Source: Eledone cirrhosa
Lineage: Eukaryota
Length of the DNA: 64,000 nt
Direction: 5' to 3'
Assembly (NCBI GenBank): GCA_964016885.1
Contig: OZ024740.1
Location: 222,890,001-222,954,000, forward strand
In this document: positions 1 to 13,248 of the stretch, piece after piece
How the letters are laid out: each line of letters opens with the position of its first letter
Position numbering within the stretch: position 1 is the first letter of the stretch
The notes under the pieces: model-generated
Databases searched by the model: none
Seen by the model: only the letters and a program-made list of their open reading frames with translations
What the model was told of the DNA's origin: nothing
Made by a program: the position numbers and the translations under genes

Positions 1-175
1 TGAGAGGAGAGATTGTTGAATTAGTTAGAAGCCAAAGCGTAAAGGGATGTGCTCGTTATTATTATTAATATTATTATTATTATTCTCTACATTCCTTACA
101 TGAAACTCAAATATGCTAACAATTTTTTAATAATGTCTTCCTTATGAAATGTGTGGCCTTGTTTTGGTTAACTAA

Positions 176-251
<76 letters not shown>

Positions 252-300
252 TATGTATATATATACATATATATGTATGTATATGCATACATATATATCA

Positions 301-1108
301 ATTAGACCAAGCTATAAGAATAAAGGCTCCTATGAAGAAATCTCCGACAAATAACCGAAAGCAGCCCCTTCGCGGTAGCTATGATAGAGTTTTTATCTAA
401 CATTTCGACAGCATGTAAAAATCGACCAGATATACAGTCAACTAAACACAATTAGGTGCAAAATTGAACTTAGAAGAATTGCGTACATACCTAATTACCT
501 ATACCATGGTTTCATCCGTATTTTAAGACATCCGCTAACAGCGAATGTCCAGAGCTTCGGAATCATCAGGAGCGAACTCAAAATTAGACATTTAATTTTC
601 CAAAGTGATCGCGCCAAAAATACATTCAAAAATGGCTAATAATCGTGACGTGGAAGCGGTCAAGTTAGAAAGGATGTGATTAGTTGCTTACGGCGGGTAG
701 GCATCTTGCTAGAAAGCGCAGCCTAATACCACCAAATTGTATCTCAACCTAACGGGAGATTATTACATATAAAGGTTTACATATATATATATAAAGTCAT
801 AGATATATATGTGTTTTGCAACAGGTCACGTTGTGGCTCAATGAAAAATTAATAAATTAAATAATCAGAGCTATATATCATAAAATATGTCTTTAGAATC
901 ACTAGATATAATATATACCATTTCCTCTCCCAATTAGCATAATTAACCATATAAAAAATCAATTAGACCAAGCTATAAGAATAAAGGCCCCTATGAAGAA
1001 ATCTCCGACAAATAACCGAAAGCAGCCCCTTCGCGGTGGCTACGATAGAGTATTTATCTAACATTTCGACAGCATGTAAAAATCGACCAGATATACAGTC
1101 AACTAAAC
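301..1108 (-). mobile_element. Retrozyme-like / pLTR-like unit (~661 bp plus ~147 bp terminal redundancy), family A
   Basis: 301-448 is repeated at 962-1108. Flanked by (TA)n on both sides, non-coding, contains an HHR motif, and is homologous to the 7834-9310 array. Confidence 0.75.
498..573 (-). ncRNA. Type I hammerhead ribozyme with extended stem II; stem I weakened
   Basis: Minus strand reads gctc-CTGATGA-ttccg..[gacattcgc tgtta gcggatgtc hairpin]..cgga-t-GAAA-ccatg-GTA-tagg. Stem III is the palindrome ACCATGGT. Confidence 0.7.
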
Positions 1109-1125
1109 ATATATATACATACATA

Positions 1126-1159
<34 letters not shown>

Positions 1160-1284
1160 CATTTATATGTATATATATATATATATACATTTATATATAT
1201 ATACACATATATATATATATATATATACATTTATATATATATATATATACATACATATATGTGTGTGTATATATATATATATAT

Positions 1285-1678
1285 CATCATCATCATCATC
1301 ATCGTTTAACGTCCATCTTCCACCCTTGCATGGGTTTGGACGGGAGTTTTCCCACTTGAGGCAAGATTGGTTGTCTTGCTCGTAAAGGACTATCTGGCGG
1401 GTTTTCTACGGCTGGAAGCCCTTCCTAATACCAACCACGTTTACAGTGTGGACTGGGAGGTTTTTACCATGTTACTTACACGGCCACGTGACATCGTGGA
1501 CTGTGTATTTTTTGTTGTGACACCTACACGTCTGGCGGGTTTTCTACGGCTGGGTGCCCTTCCTAACACCAACCACGTTTACAGTGTGGACTGGGAGGTT
1601 TTTACCGTGTTACCTACACGGCCACATTACAGCATGGACTGTGTGTTCTTTTGTCGTGACACCTACACGACCTCATTC
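1285..1678 (-). mobile_element. RTE LINE 3' UTR fragment with internal duplication and (GAT)n tail
   Basis: Matches 2688-2950 and 60896-61150. Segments 1393-1530 and 1531-1670 are tandem copies. Confidence 0.75.
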
Positions 1679-1684
1679 GGGTGA

Positions 1685-1916
1685 AACAAGAGTTTCACCC
1701 GAAGGAAGAGACTATGGTAGTTTCAGGGCATCCTTTTTTTCAAAGTGGATTAACTCAAACTTATCCTCATTCAACAGCATGTTGTTCTTTTCTGCCCATT
1801 GGATAACAACCAGTAGGTTTGACTGAAGGCAAGTCCTGTCCCCTTTCTCATTGATGACCCTTTGGAGCTTGGAATCATCTGCGAAGATTCTTATGTTGCT
1901 GTGCTTGATGATGTCT
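1685..1916 (-). pseudogene. CR1/L2/Jockey-group LINE RT fragment
   Basis: Minus strand translates as DIIKHSNIRIFADDSKLQ...LQSNLLVVIQWAEKNNMLLNEDKFELIHF (FADD motif plus the W..N.M.LN..K pattern). Confidence 0.8.
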
Positions 1917-2687
1917 ATTTTTTCCTACAACGACATGAGCTTTTCGTCATTTTATATTTGTCTTTTGTATTGTTCCTCTTCTCTGTACCATAGAGAAGTG
2001 TTTCTTTCTAATTTTCCTTTATTAATTTTCAATGCTCTATTTTGATTATATTTTTGGTTTGTCCTCTTTTCTAAATAATTTTCCTTGGTGCAATTAGCTT
2101 CTGGTTTGTTTTATATTTCCTTATATATTTATATATATATATAACTAAAAGACTTTTCCATCTTCATGTTGCCAATCAGTCTACCTTTGCTTGCTTCTAA
2201 GTATTTTTCTAGAACTAATAGGATTATTTTGTAATAGTTTTGTATTTGTATTAGAACACTCATTCCCCAAGGCTTCCGATAGGTATTTCCCATCTATATT
2301 TGCTTTAGGATGATGATTTTTAAATGCAATGAGTAGTTTTTCTGGTACTTTAGTTAACGTAACATCCAATATATTATATTGAAGCTGTAGTTAATGACTT
2401 TGTTAGTCTGGTGCATAGATACACTCATTGTATTTCTAGCATTGGGTTTGGCATATAATATCAGTCTTTACTGTTCTAGTCTTATTTAATTTTTTTATAA
2501 TTGTCTCCTTCATTATTGTATATATCAGTTATATCAGCACCTATTACTTGTATGGCTTGTTCTCTTTTAATTATCAGATTTTGTATTCAAAATCTGATAT
2601 AATGCTTTGAGTTTTAATTAATTTTCCTCGACTTGTGGTAGTTTTGGCACATATTTCTAATCATATATTCATTAATTATATTACCCC

Positions 2688-5600
2688 ATCATCATCATCA
2701 TCATCATCATCGTTTAACGTCCATCTTCCCCGCTAGCATGGGTGTGGACTGGAATTGTCCCACTTGAGGCAAAATTATTTGTCTTGCTCGTATAGGACTG
2801 TCTGGCGGCTTTTCTATGGCTGGATGCCCTTCCTAACACCAACCACGTTTACAGTGTGGACTGGGAGGTTTTTTACCATGTTACCTACACGGCTACATTA
2901 CAGCGTGGACTGTGTGTTTTTTTTTGGCATGTCACCTACATGACGTCATTTATTTAGGACTGGATGTTGTGGTACCAACATAACTTTACATCAAAAGGGG
3001 TGGTGTGGATGGGGGTGGGGTAGGAGTAGTGGGACGGGGGTGTATTTTGGTTAAGAGGTGCCTACTGACTATAGGTTTCCCTTTGTACTTAGGCAAGGCA
3101 GGTCTTCTGTATTACTGCGTAGCGCCAAAGATCTCGGTCCAGTGACATTGTCTTGGAGAGGTGTAAGTGTGTGAGGTCGAAATTTATCAAGTCGTCCCAT
3201 AGCTACCGTCTATTTTGATCGCCCTGCACTTTTTTATACAGTGGTAGTATTTTATGTGCATCACGTGACCATCCAACATAGTTTTCTCTCGAGTCAACAA
3301 CATCTGATCCCTCTTATTCCTAATTTCTCACTTAGTTCATTTATGCTTTGCCGTTCACGTATATACTATTACATATCCAACGGAGCATGCAAGCTTCGTT
3401 CCTCTCCCATCTGTGTAGATCCTCTGCACACAATGCCCTACACTCACTACCATGTAAGATTGATGTTCGTATGCAGGCATCATACAGCCTGCCTTTCATT
3501 TTTAGAGAGAAACATTTAGCAGCCAATAGTGGTATAATCTCTCTGAACTTTTTCCATCCCGTTCTGACTCTAGCTACTGTACTTTCAGAGCACCCTCCAC
3601 CACTGCTGATTTTGTCCCCCAGGTAACGGAAGGTGTCCACTATTTCTATAGAACCATCTGGGCAATGGAATGAGCTAGTATTATGTGGGCATTTGCTGCT
3701 GCTTATTGCACCTGAGCACCAGCCACATATAAAATCTATGTTCTTAGTTAGCTTACCTGTGATCCCACTACTTCTTTTATGCAGCCATGCTTTGCATTTG
3801 TGATATAAAATGGAGTTTCTGCCTATGCCTTTCCTACACACTGAACATGGCCATTTCCCAGATGGAACTAGTGCCCTATTTTCCTTCCTACATATTAGAA
3901 CTTTAGTCTTGGACAAGTTAATTTTAAGGCCTTTTGATTCTAGGTCTTGCTTCCATGTTTGGAATTTCTTCTCTAGTTCAGCCATTGATTCAGCTATGAG
4001 CGTTTCATCATCTGCGTATAGAAGTTCCCATGTGCAGCCGGTGTTGTCTCCTCTGTTATAGCTTGGAGGGCGATAATAAATAGGAGGGGGCTAAGACGGT
4101 GCCCTGATGAACACCAACTTTTACGCTAAACTCTTCACTATATTCGTTGTTAATTCTAACCTTGCTTACTGTTTCTTTAACCGTAGCTTGTATAGCTCTC
4201 ACAAGCCATTCATCAACACCTAGTTTTCTGAGAGCCCACCAGATTTTTTGGCATTGGGACTCTGTCAAAGGCTTTCTCCAAGTCAACGAAAGCTAAGTAT
4301 AGGACTTTATTCTTAGCTAGGTACTCCTCCTCTAGTTGTCGTACAGCTAGTTGTGGTACCTCCTCTAGTTGTGGTACCTTTACCTGACACAAACCCGAAC
4401 TGCATTTCATCTCTGATTAGTTGCGCTATTACTTTTGCTGTGACCTTCATGACCTGGTCTATTAATTTAAAGCCTCTATAGTTTCCCCTATCTAGGGCAT
4501 CTCCTTACCCTTGTAACATGTAATGATGCTGCTGCTACGCCAGTCATGTGGTATGACTTGGTTTACTATCCAGGTGATCATAGTGTGTTCCACTGTTCCA
4601 GATGCTTTCAGCATTTCAGCAACTATTTCCGATGGCCCAGCCGCCTTGCCCGTCTTCATATCTTTGATTGCCTTACTTATTATACTACCTTCAAGTTGCA
4701 CTGCTGATACCTCTATTGGATCGATGTGGAGGAGACTGTCTTTCTCCCATTTATTCTCCTCATTTAGTAGCCTTTCGTAGTGACACTTCCAATCTACCTT
4801 CTTATCAGCTTAAGTGATGGCAACTACACCATCATCATTACGGACACACTTCTCCCCGACAATATCACGGTTTTCCTTGACACATTGCCTAGCAATCCTG
4901 AACACCTCACGTTTTTGGTCCTCGCATTGTAGAACATGCTTGAACTTTCTTTCCTCTACTTCTCTTCTTGCAAAGTACACTTGTCTCCTAGCTTCCCTCC
5001 TGGCCACTTGATTGTCTTCTCTACCTCCCCCATCCCGCCATACTTTCCAAGCCTGCTTTTTGGCCTTGATTGACTCCTCCACCTTACTGTTCCACCACCA
5101 AGTTACTCTCCAACTGCCTATAGGTCTGCTCCAGCCACATATTTCATCTGTCACCTTCAGCAGGTTAGCTTTCAGGAATTCCCACTGTTCCTCTATATTG
5201 TACGACTGTTATTGCTCTTCCTTACTGTCGAAAGCATCAAGTAATATGCTTTTAAATTTATTACTGGCTGTGGGGTCCGTCCTTTAACTTTCATATTTTT
5301 CTCCTGAGGATAGTCCTCCTCTGTTGCCGATTACGTCTCGTCCTGAGTATGAAGTCACTAACTATGGGGTTATGTTGGGAGGTACATTCTTCATGGGGGA
5401 GGGATTTACTGTTTACAACAGACACTCTGTTACGTCCTCTGGTAAGGATATAATCTATCTGACTGGCGTGTTCCCCTGATCTATAGGTGATCAAGTGATT
5501 GTCTCATTTTTTGAAGTTTATGTTACAGATAGTTAGGTTATTTGCGTCACAGAATTCCAGGATTCTGGAGCCTTCCTCATTTCTAGTTCCAAACCCATAG

Positions 5601-6245
5601 CCTCCATGGATTCCGTCATAGCCGTCACAATGTTGTCCAACGTGACCATTTAGGTCGCCAGCAATAATTATGTAGTCACTGTCGGTTATTTAGGAGGTAG
5701 TGTGCATTAACGTCTCATAGAATCTGTCTTTTATAAGGCCAGGCAGTCCGGATTGGGGTGCATAGGCGGATATTATTGTCACAGTAGTTCTATTTAGGAC
5801 AAGTCTTATTTTTATTATTCTGCTGTCGTTCACTATAGTTACGTCAATTACCTTATCTACGCATGTTTCTGCTAACATAATTCCTACCCCAACCAGCCCA
5901 TTGTCATTTCCCACCCAGAAAAGTTTATAGCATCGTTTTTACCCACAATGAATCTAGCAGACCTACCCCTCCACCTAGTCTCTTGAACACAGCAAACATC
6001 AACTTCCTTACATTCAAGCATCTCTACAACCTCGTTAGAGCGACCTTTTAAAGTGTTTCCATTCATAGTACCAACTCTGAAATTTTGGATTGCGTTTGGT
6101 GGGTGGGAAGGATGGGTTGGAGGCGCAGGGAGGGGTAAGGGAGATGGGTTATGTTAGCCATTCGCGGCCCAAATAAAGAGGAGGATTCCTTGCATTCTTG
6201 TCCGGCAGCTTGAGGTGAATTTGTCTTTTTCTTTGGCATTGTCAC
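2688..6245 (-). mobile_element. RTE-clade LINE, near full-length, multiply frameshifted (APE + RT)
   Basis: APE motifs VCCVQETRW, IISAYAPQ, IDYILTR, SQHNPIVSDF. RT motifs FVDLEKAFDRV, GVHQG, LLYADD. 3' (GAT)n tail at 2688-2710. Confidence 0.93.
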
Positions 6246-6404
6246 TGAGTGTCCAGATTTTTCAGACTCTCCATAATTCTGTAGTCAATTCATCATATCG
6301 AAAGGCAACCAGGTCTAAACTTAAGAAGTGATAACATAGGCCGCTGAATTATGATTGGTCCAAATAATAATGGTGGCGAGTGGGGGAGGAGGGATCCGGG
6401 ATAG

Positions 6405-7230
6405 TTAGCGAGAAGGTTATGAAATAAAATCCTCGAATTTTGGCCATAATTGAACGTGCATATAACAGTAATAAGAGAAGAATTATGGGATTTTAAAATG
6501 CAAGAAGATTATTTTGAACAATCAGACAGAATTATCGAATAGCATTGAAAAAGAAAAGATTGGATTCTGGACGATATGATACAGACAGATGAATGGACCG
6601 TGAACATGGGGAGACGCGAAAGAAATAGGATTTGTACATTACATTTCACAGAAGAGCGAGCGAGCGATGTAGCCAAGAATAAGGGGTCGACAAATTCTGA
6701 GTTTCGTACCTTGCAACAGGCTTATTTTATATTTGGAGAGAGGGGAAGGGATTGAGAGAGAACCAGCAGGCGCGTATACGATATATATATAGGGGGGGTG
6801 GGTGAAAATAGGAGGGAGCAGGAAGGTTATTTTATAAAATCCTAGAATTTCGACCATAATTAAACGAGCATGTAACAGTGATAAGAATAAGAGTTTAAAT
6901 ACAAGTAGAATATCGTTTTCGGGCGAGAAGGTTATAAAATAGAATCCTCGTATTTTGGCCGTAATTGAATGAGTATATAACAGTAATAAGAGAAGAATTA
7001 TGGGATTTTAAAATACAAGAAGATTATTTTGAAGAATCAGACAGAATTATTGAATAGCATTGAAAAGGAAAAGATTGGATTCTGGACGATATGATACAGA
7101 TAGATGAATGGACCGGGGACCATGGAGAGACAAGAAAAAAATAGGATTTGTACATTACATTTCACAGAAGAGCGAGCGATGTAGCCAAGAATAAGGGGTT
7201 GACACGTTCTGAGTTTCGTACCCCGCAGAC
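6405..7230. repeat. ~300 bp direct duplication upstream of the RTE ORF (possible 5' UTR)
   Basis: 6408-6710 closely matches 6923-7222. Confidence 0.7.
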
Positions 7231-7812
7231 GTTAAGTCCCTTTACGGTCTGAGTTCAAATCACGTCGAGGTTAACTTTGCCTTTCATCATTATGGGGTCG
7301 ATAAAATAAAGTACCAGTAATGCACTGGTTATTTGCTGGCTTGTGTCAAATGTAGAAACAATTATTACTATGAATAGAACTTGTCATAACATCTTTGAAA
7401 ATGACTATTTTTCTAACATTATATATATATATATATAATTGTTTCTACTTTTGGCACAAGGCCAACAAATATCCAGTACATTACTGGTACTTTATTTTGT
7501 CGACCCGTAAGGATGAAAGGCAAAGTTAGCCTCGACGGGATTTGAACTCAGACCGTAAAGGGACTTAACGTATGCGAGGTACGAAACTCAGAATATATAA
7601 TGTTAGAAAAATAGTCATTTTGGTGGATTGGCAGTATCGTTAGAAGGTCGGACGCCATGCTTTGCAGCATGGAGTTATGGGCCTTTACAATCTGAGTTCA
7701 TATCCTGCCGAGGTTAACTTTGCCTTTCATCCTTACGGGGTCAATAAAATAAAGTAACAGTAATGCACTGGGTTAATTGCTGGCCTTGTGCAAAATGGCC
7801 AGAAACAATTGT
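7207..7812. mobile_element. Cluster of SINE family 2 pieces, including an inverted pair around (TA)n
   Basis: B-box gagttcaaatc plus body aactttgcctttcatccttacggggtcgataaaataaagtacc at 7250(+), 7490-7550(-) and 7621-7812(+). Confidence 0.75.
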
Positions 7813-8209
7813 ATATATATATATATATATATATAAAAGTTTACATTTATATATACATACACATACATATACGTGTTTTGCAACTGGTCACTTTTTGGCT
7901 CAATGAAAAATTAATAAATTAAACAATCAGAGCTATATATCATAAAACATGTCTATAGTATCACAATATAAAATATATACTAATTCCTCTCCCAATTAGC
8001 ATAATTAACTATATAAAAAATCGAATAGACCAGGCTATACGAATGAGGCTTCTATGAAGGAATCTCCAACAAATAACCAAAACTAGCGCTTCGCGTCGGC
8101 CGCATTGGAATATTTATCGAATATTTCGACAGCGTAATCGCCTAGATAGAGTCGACTAAACAGAATTAGGTTTAAAATAAACTAGGAGAAAATAGAATAC
8201 ACTTAAATA

Positions 8210-8295
8210 CCTCTACCATGGTTTCGTCCGTGTTTTGAGTTATCCAATAATTATGTAATAATTATATAAACTCGAGCGCCGGATTCTTCAGGAAG
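8210..8295 (-). ncRNA. Type I hammerhead ribozyme, intact core
   Basis: cttc-CTGAAGA-atccg..cgga-c-GAAA-ccatg-GTA-gagg. Stem I cttc/gagg, stem II tccg/cgga, palindromic stem III. Confidence 0.85.
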
Positions 8296-8864
8296 CTCGC
8301 TCATATCTAGACATTAAATTTTCCAAAACGATCGCGCCAAGAATTCATTTCAAAATGGCTAAAAATCGTGACGGAGTCGCGGTCAAGTTGGAAGGGGTGT
8401 GGTAGTTGCTTACGACTAGTGGCATTTTTGCTAGAAAGCACTGCACAATACAGCCAAATTTGTGTCTCAACCTAGTGGGAGATTATTACATATAAAAGTT
8501 TACATATATATATACACATACAAATACGCGTTTTGCAACTGGTCACTTTTTGGCTCAATGAAAAATTAATAAATTAAACAATCAGAGCTATATATCATAA
8601 AACATGTCTATAGAATCACAAGATAAAATATATACTATTTCCTCTCCCAATTAGCATAATTAACTATATAAAAAATCGAATAGACCAGGCTATACGAATG
8701 AGGCTTCTATGAAAGAATCTCCAACAGATAACCAAAACTAGCGCTTCGCGTCGGCCGCATTGGAATATTTATCGAATATTTCGACAGCGTAATCGCTTAG
8801 ATACAGTCAACTAAGCAGAATTAGGTTTAAAATAAACTAGGAGAAAATAGAATACACTTAAATA

Positions 8865-8950
8865 CCTCTACCATGGTTTCGTCCGTATTTTGAGTTATCC
8901 AATAATTATGTAATAATTATATAAACTCGAGCGCCGGATTCTTCAGGAAG
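8865..8950 (-). ncRNA. Type I hammerhead ribozyme, second tandem copy
   Basis: Same motif as 8210-8295, located 655 bp away. Confidence 0.85.
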
Positions 8951-9306
8951 CTCGCTCATATCTAGACATGAAATTTTCCAAAACGATCGCGCCAAGAATT
9001 CATTTCAAAATGGCTAAAAATCGTGACGTAGTCGCGGTCAAGTTGGAAGGGGTGTGGTAGTTGCTTACGACTGGTGGCATTTTTGCTAGAAAGCACAGCA
9101 CAATACAGCCAAATTTGTGTCTCAACCTAGTGGGAGATTATTACATATAAAAGTTTACATATATATATACATACACATACATATACGTGTTTTGCAACTG
9201 GTCACTTTTTGGCTCAATGACAAATTAATAAATTAAACAATCAGAGCTATATATCATAAAACATGTCTTGTGATTTTATCTTGTGATTCTATAGACATGT
9301 TTTATG

Positions 9307-9347
<41 letters not shown>

Positions 9348-9818
9348 CGTGTGTATATATATATATATATATACACACACATACACTACATATATACATT
9401 ATCGTCAACATCATTATCATCAATTTTACATTTCGTTGTCTATGCTGGCATAGGTTAGATGAAACCTTTTGTTGTGGCATTTTATGTTTGGAGACCTTTC
9501 CTGATGCCAAACCTCATATTTAATCATGATACACATTCCACCGGTCTTCTTCCATCGAACCAATAAGACACAGGCCATTAAAGGACACTACCAGACTTTT
9601 TTCATTGATGTCAATGTGAAAGCAGATGTGAAAACAAGCATACAAACACACACACATATATATATATATATATATTTATGGTGGGCCTCTGAAAAGATTC
9701 CTTCTAACAACATTTTCTAAGAATGCATTGGTTTGCCTGAGGATGTAGTTAGAAGTACATTATGGAGAACATCGAAAGAGACATTGACATTACCTTACTT
9801 CCGTTGACTAAACCATTG

Positions 9819-9852
<34 letters not shown>

Positions 9853-9859
9853 TCACCAT

Positions 9860-9919
<60 letters not shown>

Positions 9920-9956
9920 TCATCTCCATCAATATATATATATATATATATATATA

Positions 9957-10297
9957 TCATCATCATCATCATCATTTTACGTCTGCTTTTCCCTGCTTGC
10001 AAGGGTGGGGCGGGAACTGATTCTGGCTTGATTTCTACAGCTGGATGCCCTTCCTAACACCAACCTCATTTACAGTGAGTGCTGGGTGCTTTTTTACTGT
10101 GGCACCTCCACGACCACTTTGCAGTGGAATGATAGGGACCCCAGTCCCCATCATCTCATTTCTACAGCTGAGTAAACTGGAGCAATGTGAAATAAAGTGT
10201 CTTGCTCAAGGAAACAACACATCACCCGGTCTGAGAAATGAACTCACAACCTTTCGATTGCAAGGCCAATGCTCTAACCACTAAGCCATGTGCCTCC
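9957..10297 (-). mobile_element. tRNA-headed SINE family 1 with RTE-related 3' tail
   Basis: A box TGGCTTAGTGG, B-box-like gagttcattt, central ccttgagcaagacacttt domain, tail shared with the RTE 3' UTR, (GAT)n end. Confidence 0.88.
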
Positions 10298-10777
10298 ATC
10301 TATATATATATATATGCCATGTGCTTCCATATATATATATATCATCACCATCACTATTTAATGCCTATTTTGTCCATGCTTGCATAGGTTTGATATGTCA
10401 TCCATATTAAGACACAAGTCTGGCAAGTTGGCTTCACTGAATCTTGCTCAAACTATATTTTGGCTGGGTATTTTTACAGCTGGATGCCCTTCCTAACACC
10501 AACCACATTTATAGTGTGGAACTGGGTGGTCTCATTATGAGGAGGATCTGACCAGTTGGGCACACCATACATTAGTCATAGTGCAACCATATTTTGGTAG
10601 CCAGTCATTTAGCCATGCTGTACCTTGCCCATTGTGAGCCGAGTTTTGGCTGGGTTTTTACACCTGTTTGGAGGCCCTTCCTAATACCAACCATGTATAA
10701 AGTGTAGAACTGGGTGGTTTCACTTATGAAGGTCATTCAGGCCATGCCATACCTTGCTCATAACAGGACAGCATTTT

Positions 10778-10825
<48 letters not shown>

Positions 10826-13248
10826 CTGTTGTGACATTGATGTATGCAAAAGAATGCACATTTCTAAAAGGACGCAATGACAGAGAGAAGTGTGAAAAAA
10901 AAGACACATTAGTCTAATTTTATATAAAACAGATTTCTTTATAGTTTCTCATAAATGCAGAGGATAACAATTGATTAAAGATAAAGCGGTAGTTGATCTG
11001 CATGGTCTTCTGGTGGTTGTAGCCTTGTACAATAAATATAAAATATAATGTAGTGTTCTAAACATGAAAACAAACTTTATAAAAGAACCTATCTAGGCTT
11101 TATAGAGTCAACTAATATTCATTACTGAAAGTGATAAATTAATGCATACAAGTGAGTTTGTGGATATATATATCGATTGATCGATATATATATATATATG
11201 TGAGTGTGTGTGTGTGTATCCTTTTTGTCATCCTCTTTCTCCCTCTCTTTATATATATATATATATATAAACCCTGTTAGTGCTATGCTATTTTTTTACT
11301 ATATAGCAAAATGCTGTATAGGTTAATTATCAAAGACACACTGATATATCACCCATGTACAGTTTCGTGCTACACTATCAAGTCGAAAACATCAATCAAC
11401 CTGGGAGTGCTATAAGGTTTAATATTTATGTATATATACATGTTGTGCGTATATATAATGCCAACCCAGGAAACCCCAACAGATTTTCATTAATTTGTTT
11501 CAACAGAATATCTTATATAAACGTTTTTCCTCTTTTCCTTATTTATCTGTTTTGCTGCCATATATTTCGCTTCAATTTATAAATGTGTCCTAAACCTTCC
11601 AATTTACGTTGTAGCAATATGTCTTGAATAAAATAGTATTAATATGAAGGGTTAAACTAGTTAGATTGTTTTCATGCTCACATCTAAACACTCTTTTCAA
11701 GTGATAAGTTAATAAAACAGTTTCCCACCACCACCACCACAAAAACAACAAACGAATGACTAAAAGTGAGGGGTGGGAGAAAGTGAAAGTAAAAAAAAGA
11801 TATATTTAGCCAAAAAAAGACAAATAAAATATTGTCATTTTTCTCTCTTTCTCTCTGCCTTATTCTCAATTTCTTGCTTTCCCTCTTTCTCTCATCCTCA
11901 CTGTTTTGCCATCATCCTCTTTCTCTGACCCTTTCTATCTCTCCCTCTCTATATCTCTCTCTCTGTTTCTCAGTCAAACACTTTCCCTTGCAAAATGGAA
12001 AGAAATTCTAATTACAACCTACATAGAAGATGTCGTGAGGAGATCTTTGTTCAAATGCAAGAGCTTTTGGTCACGCACTATTTTTAGAACGGCACTGCCA
12101 TTTCTTTTTTTTTTTTTTTTTTATTATATCAAGAAATGAAGCAAGATGTAAAGAAATTGATTAAAATGATAAAAAGGAAAAAAAATAAACAAATGAAAGT
12201 AAAGTAAAAAGAAAAAAATAAATACAAATCCTCTGAAGCAAATTGTAGCTGTTGGAATGAATGGAGCTTAGTAAAGAAATAGTAGTTGAAGAAACCATAC
12301 ATGCAACAGTGAAGGAAACACTGTGTTGAATGAAAGAAGAGTAGATGGAATGAAAATGAAAATAAATTGGAAGCATTAGTAGTGAAGATAAGATAGATGA
12401 TAACATTAGGAAAATACAAACAGTTCTCACCAAAATAAGTAAACTTAAATTAACTCCTACAATTGAAAATAGCATTTATTCATTTTCTTAAAGATTTTGA
12501 AATGCTAAATCTTTTGGATTAAAATATTGAATTGTATTACGTATGTTAACTAAAGAGATTAAACAAAAGAAAAATAGAAATATAGCCAAGATTAAAGAAT
12601 GTAGGAAAATACCATTGAACCAAAATTTACAGAGAATGATTGATAAGATTGTTTCCCTTATTATATCTTACCAAGAAGGTTAAAACTGTTTTGTTTTCCT
12701 TATACTTTTACTAATCTCAGCCTACAGTAGCTCAGAATAAACTAATTTAGCTCATGTACTATGTTATATGTATTTCACACTCAGGCAACCTTGAGTAAGT
12801 TACTGGTGACTGATTATAAATATAAAATCTAAGTAGAAAGTTCAGTATGGATTTAAGTTTGCAGGAAAATATAATTAAGAATTACATATTTATGTATAAT
12901 AATGTGTAGTCATGCTTTGTCTGACGAAGGACTAGCATCCAAAATGTCAAAATTCCTTAATTGTAAGCATTATACATTTAATGCATTTAATGTGATGTAT
13001 TGTTTTCTTGAGTGACTTTTACCTCCTTTTATCTATATATTACAGACATGCACACACATATATACATATATATATATATGTGTGGGTGTGGGTGTGTGCA
13101 TGTGTGTGGTTGTGTATGCATGTTTGTGTGCGGGTGTGTGTGCATGTCTGCATGTGTGTGTGTGCATGTGTGTGTGTGTGCATGTGTGTGTGTGTGTGCA
13201 TGTGTATGGGAATCGGTATATATTATATTTTATTATATTTTTTATAAA

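Larger units (their letters stand above)
7834..9310 (-). mobile_element. Tandem retrozyme-like array: ~2.2 copies of a ~655 bp unit, each full unit with an HHR, plus a short inverted end
   Basis: Units start at ~7834, 8493 and 9148 and are nearly identical. 9268-9310 is an inverted copy of unit sequence. (TA)n flanks. Confidence 0.85.

Noticed and set aside
2181-2470. Possible eroded GIY-YIG on the minus strand
   Set aside because: Only vague Cys/Tyr spacing with stops; too degenerate to call.
7834-9310. CRISPR-like or simple satellite interpretation of the tandem units
   Set aside because: The context is eukaryotic with no repeat-spacer pattern, and the long units carry ribozyme motifs.
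9732-9821. CTGAGGA-tgt..acat-CGAAA hammerhead-like core
   Set aside because: No convincing stem III, cleavage triplet or stem I partner.
12129-12685. Purine-rich stretch ending in a possible splice donor (AG|GTTAAA)
   Set aside because: The frames I checked contain stops and I recognised no protein motif, so a host exon cannot be supported.
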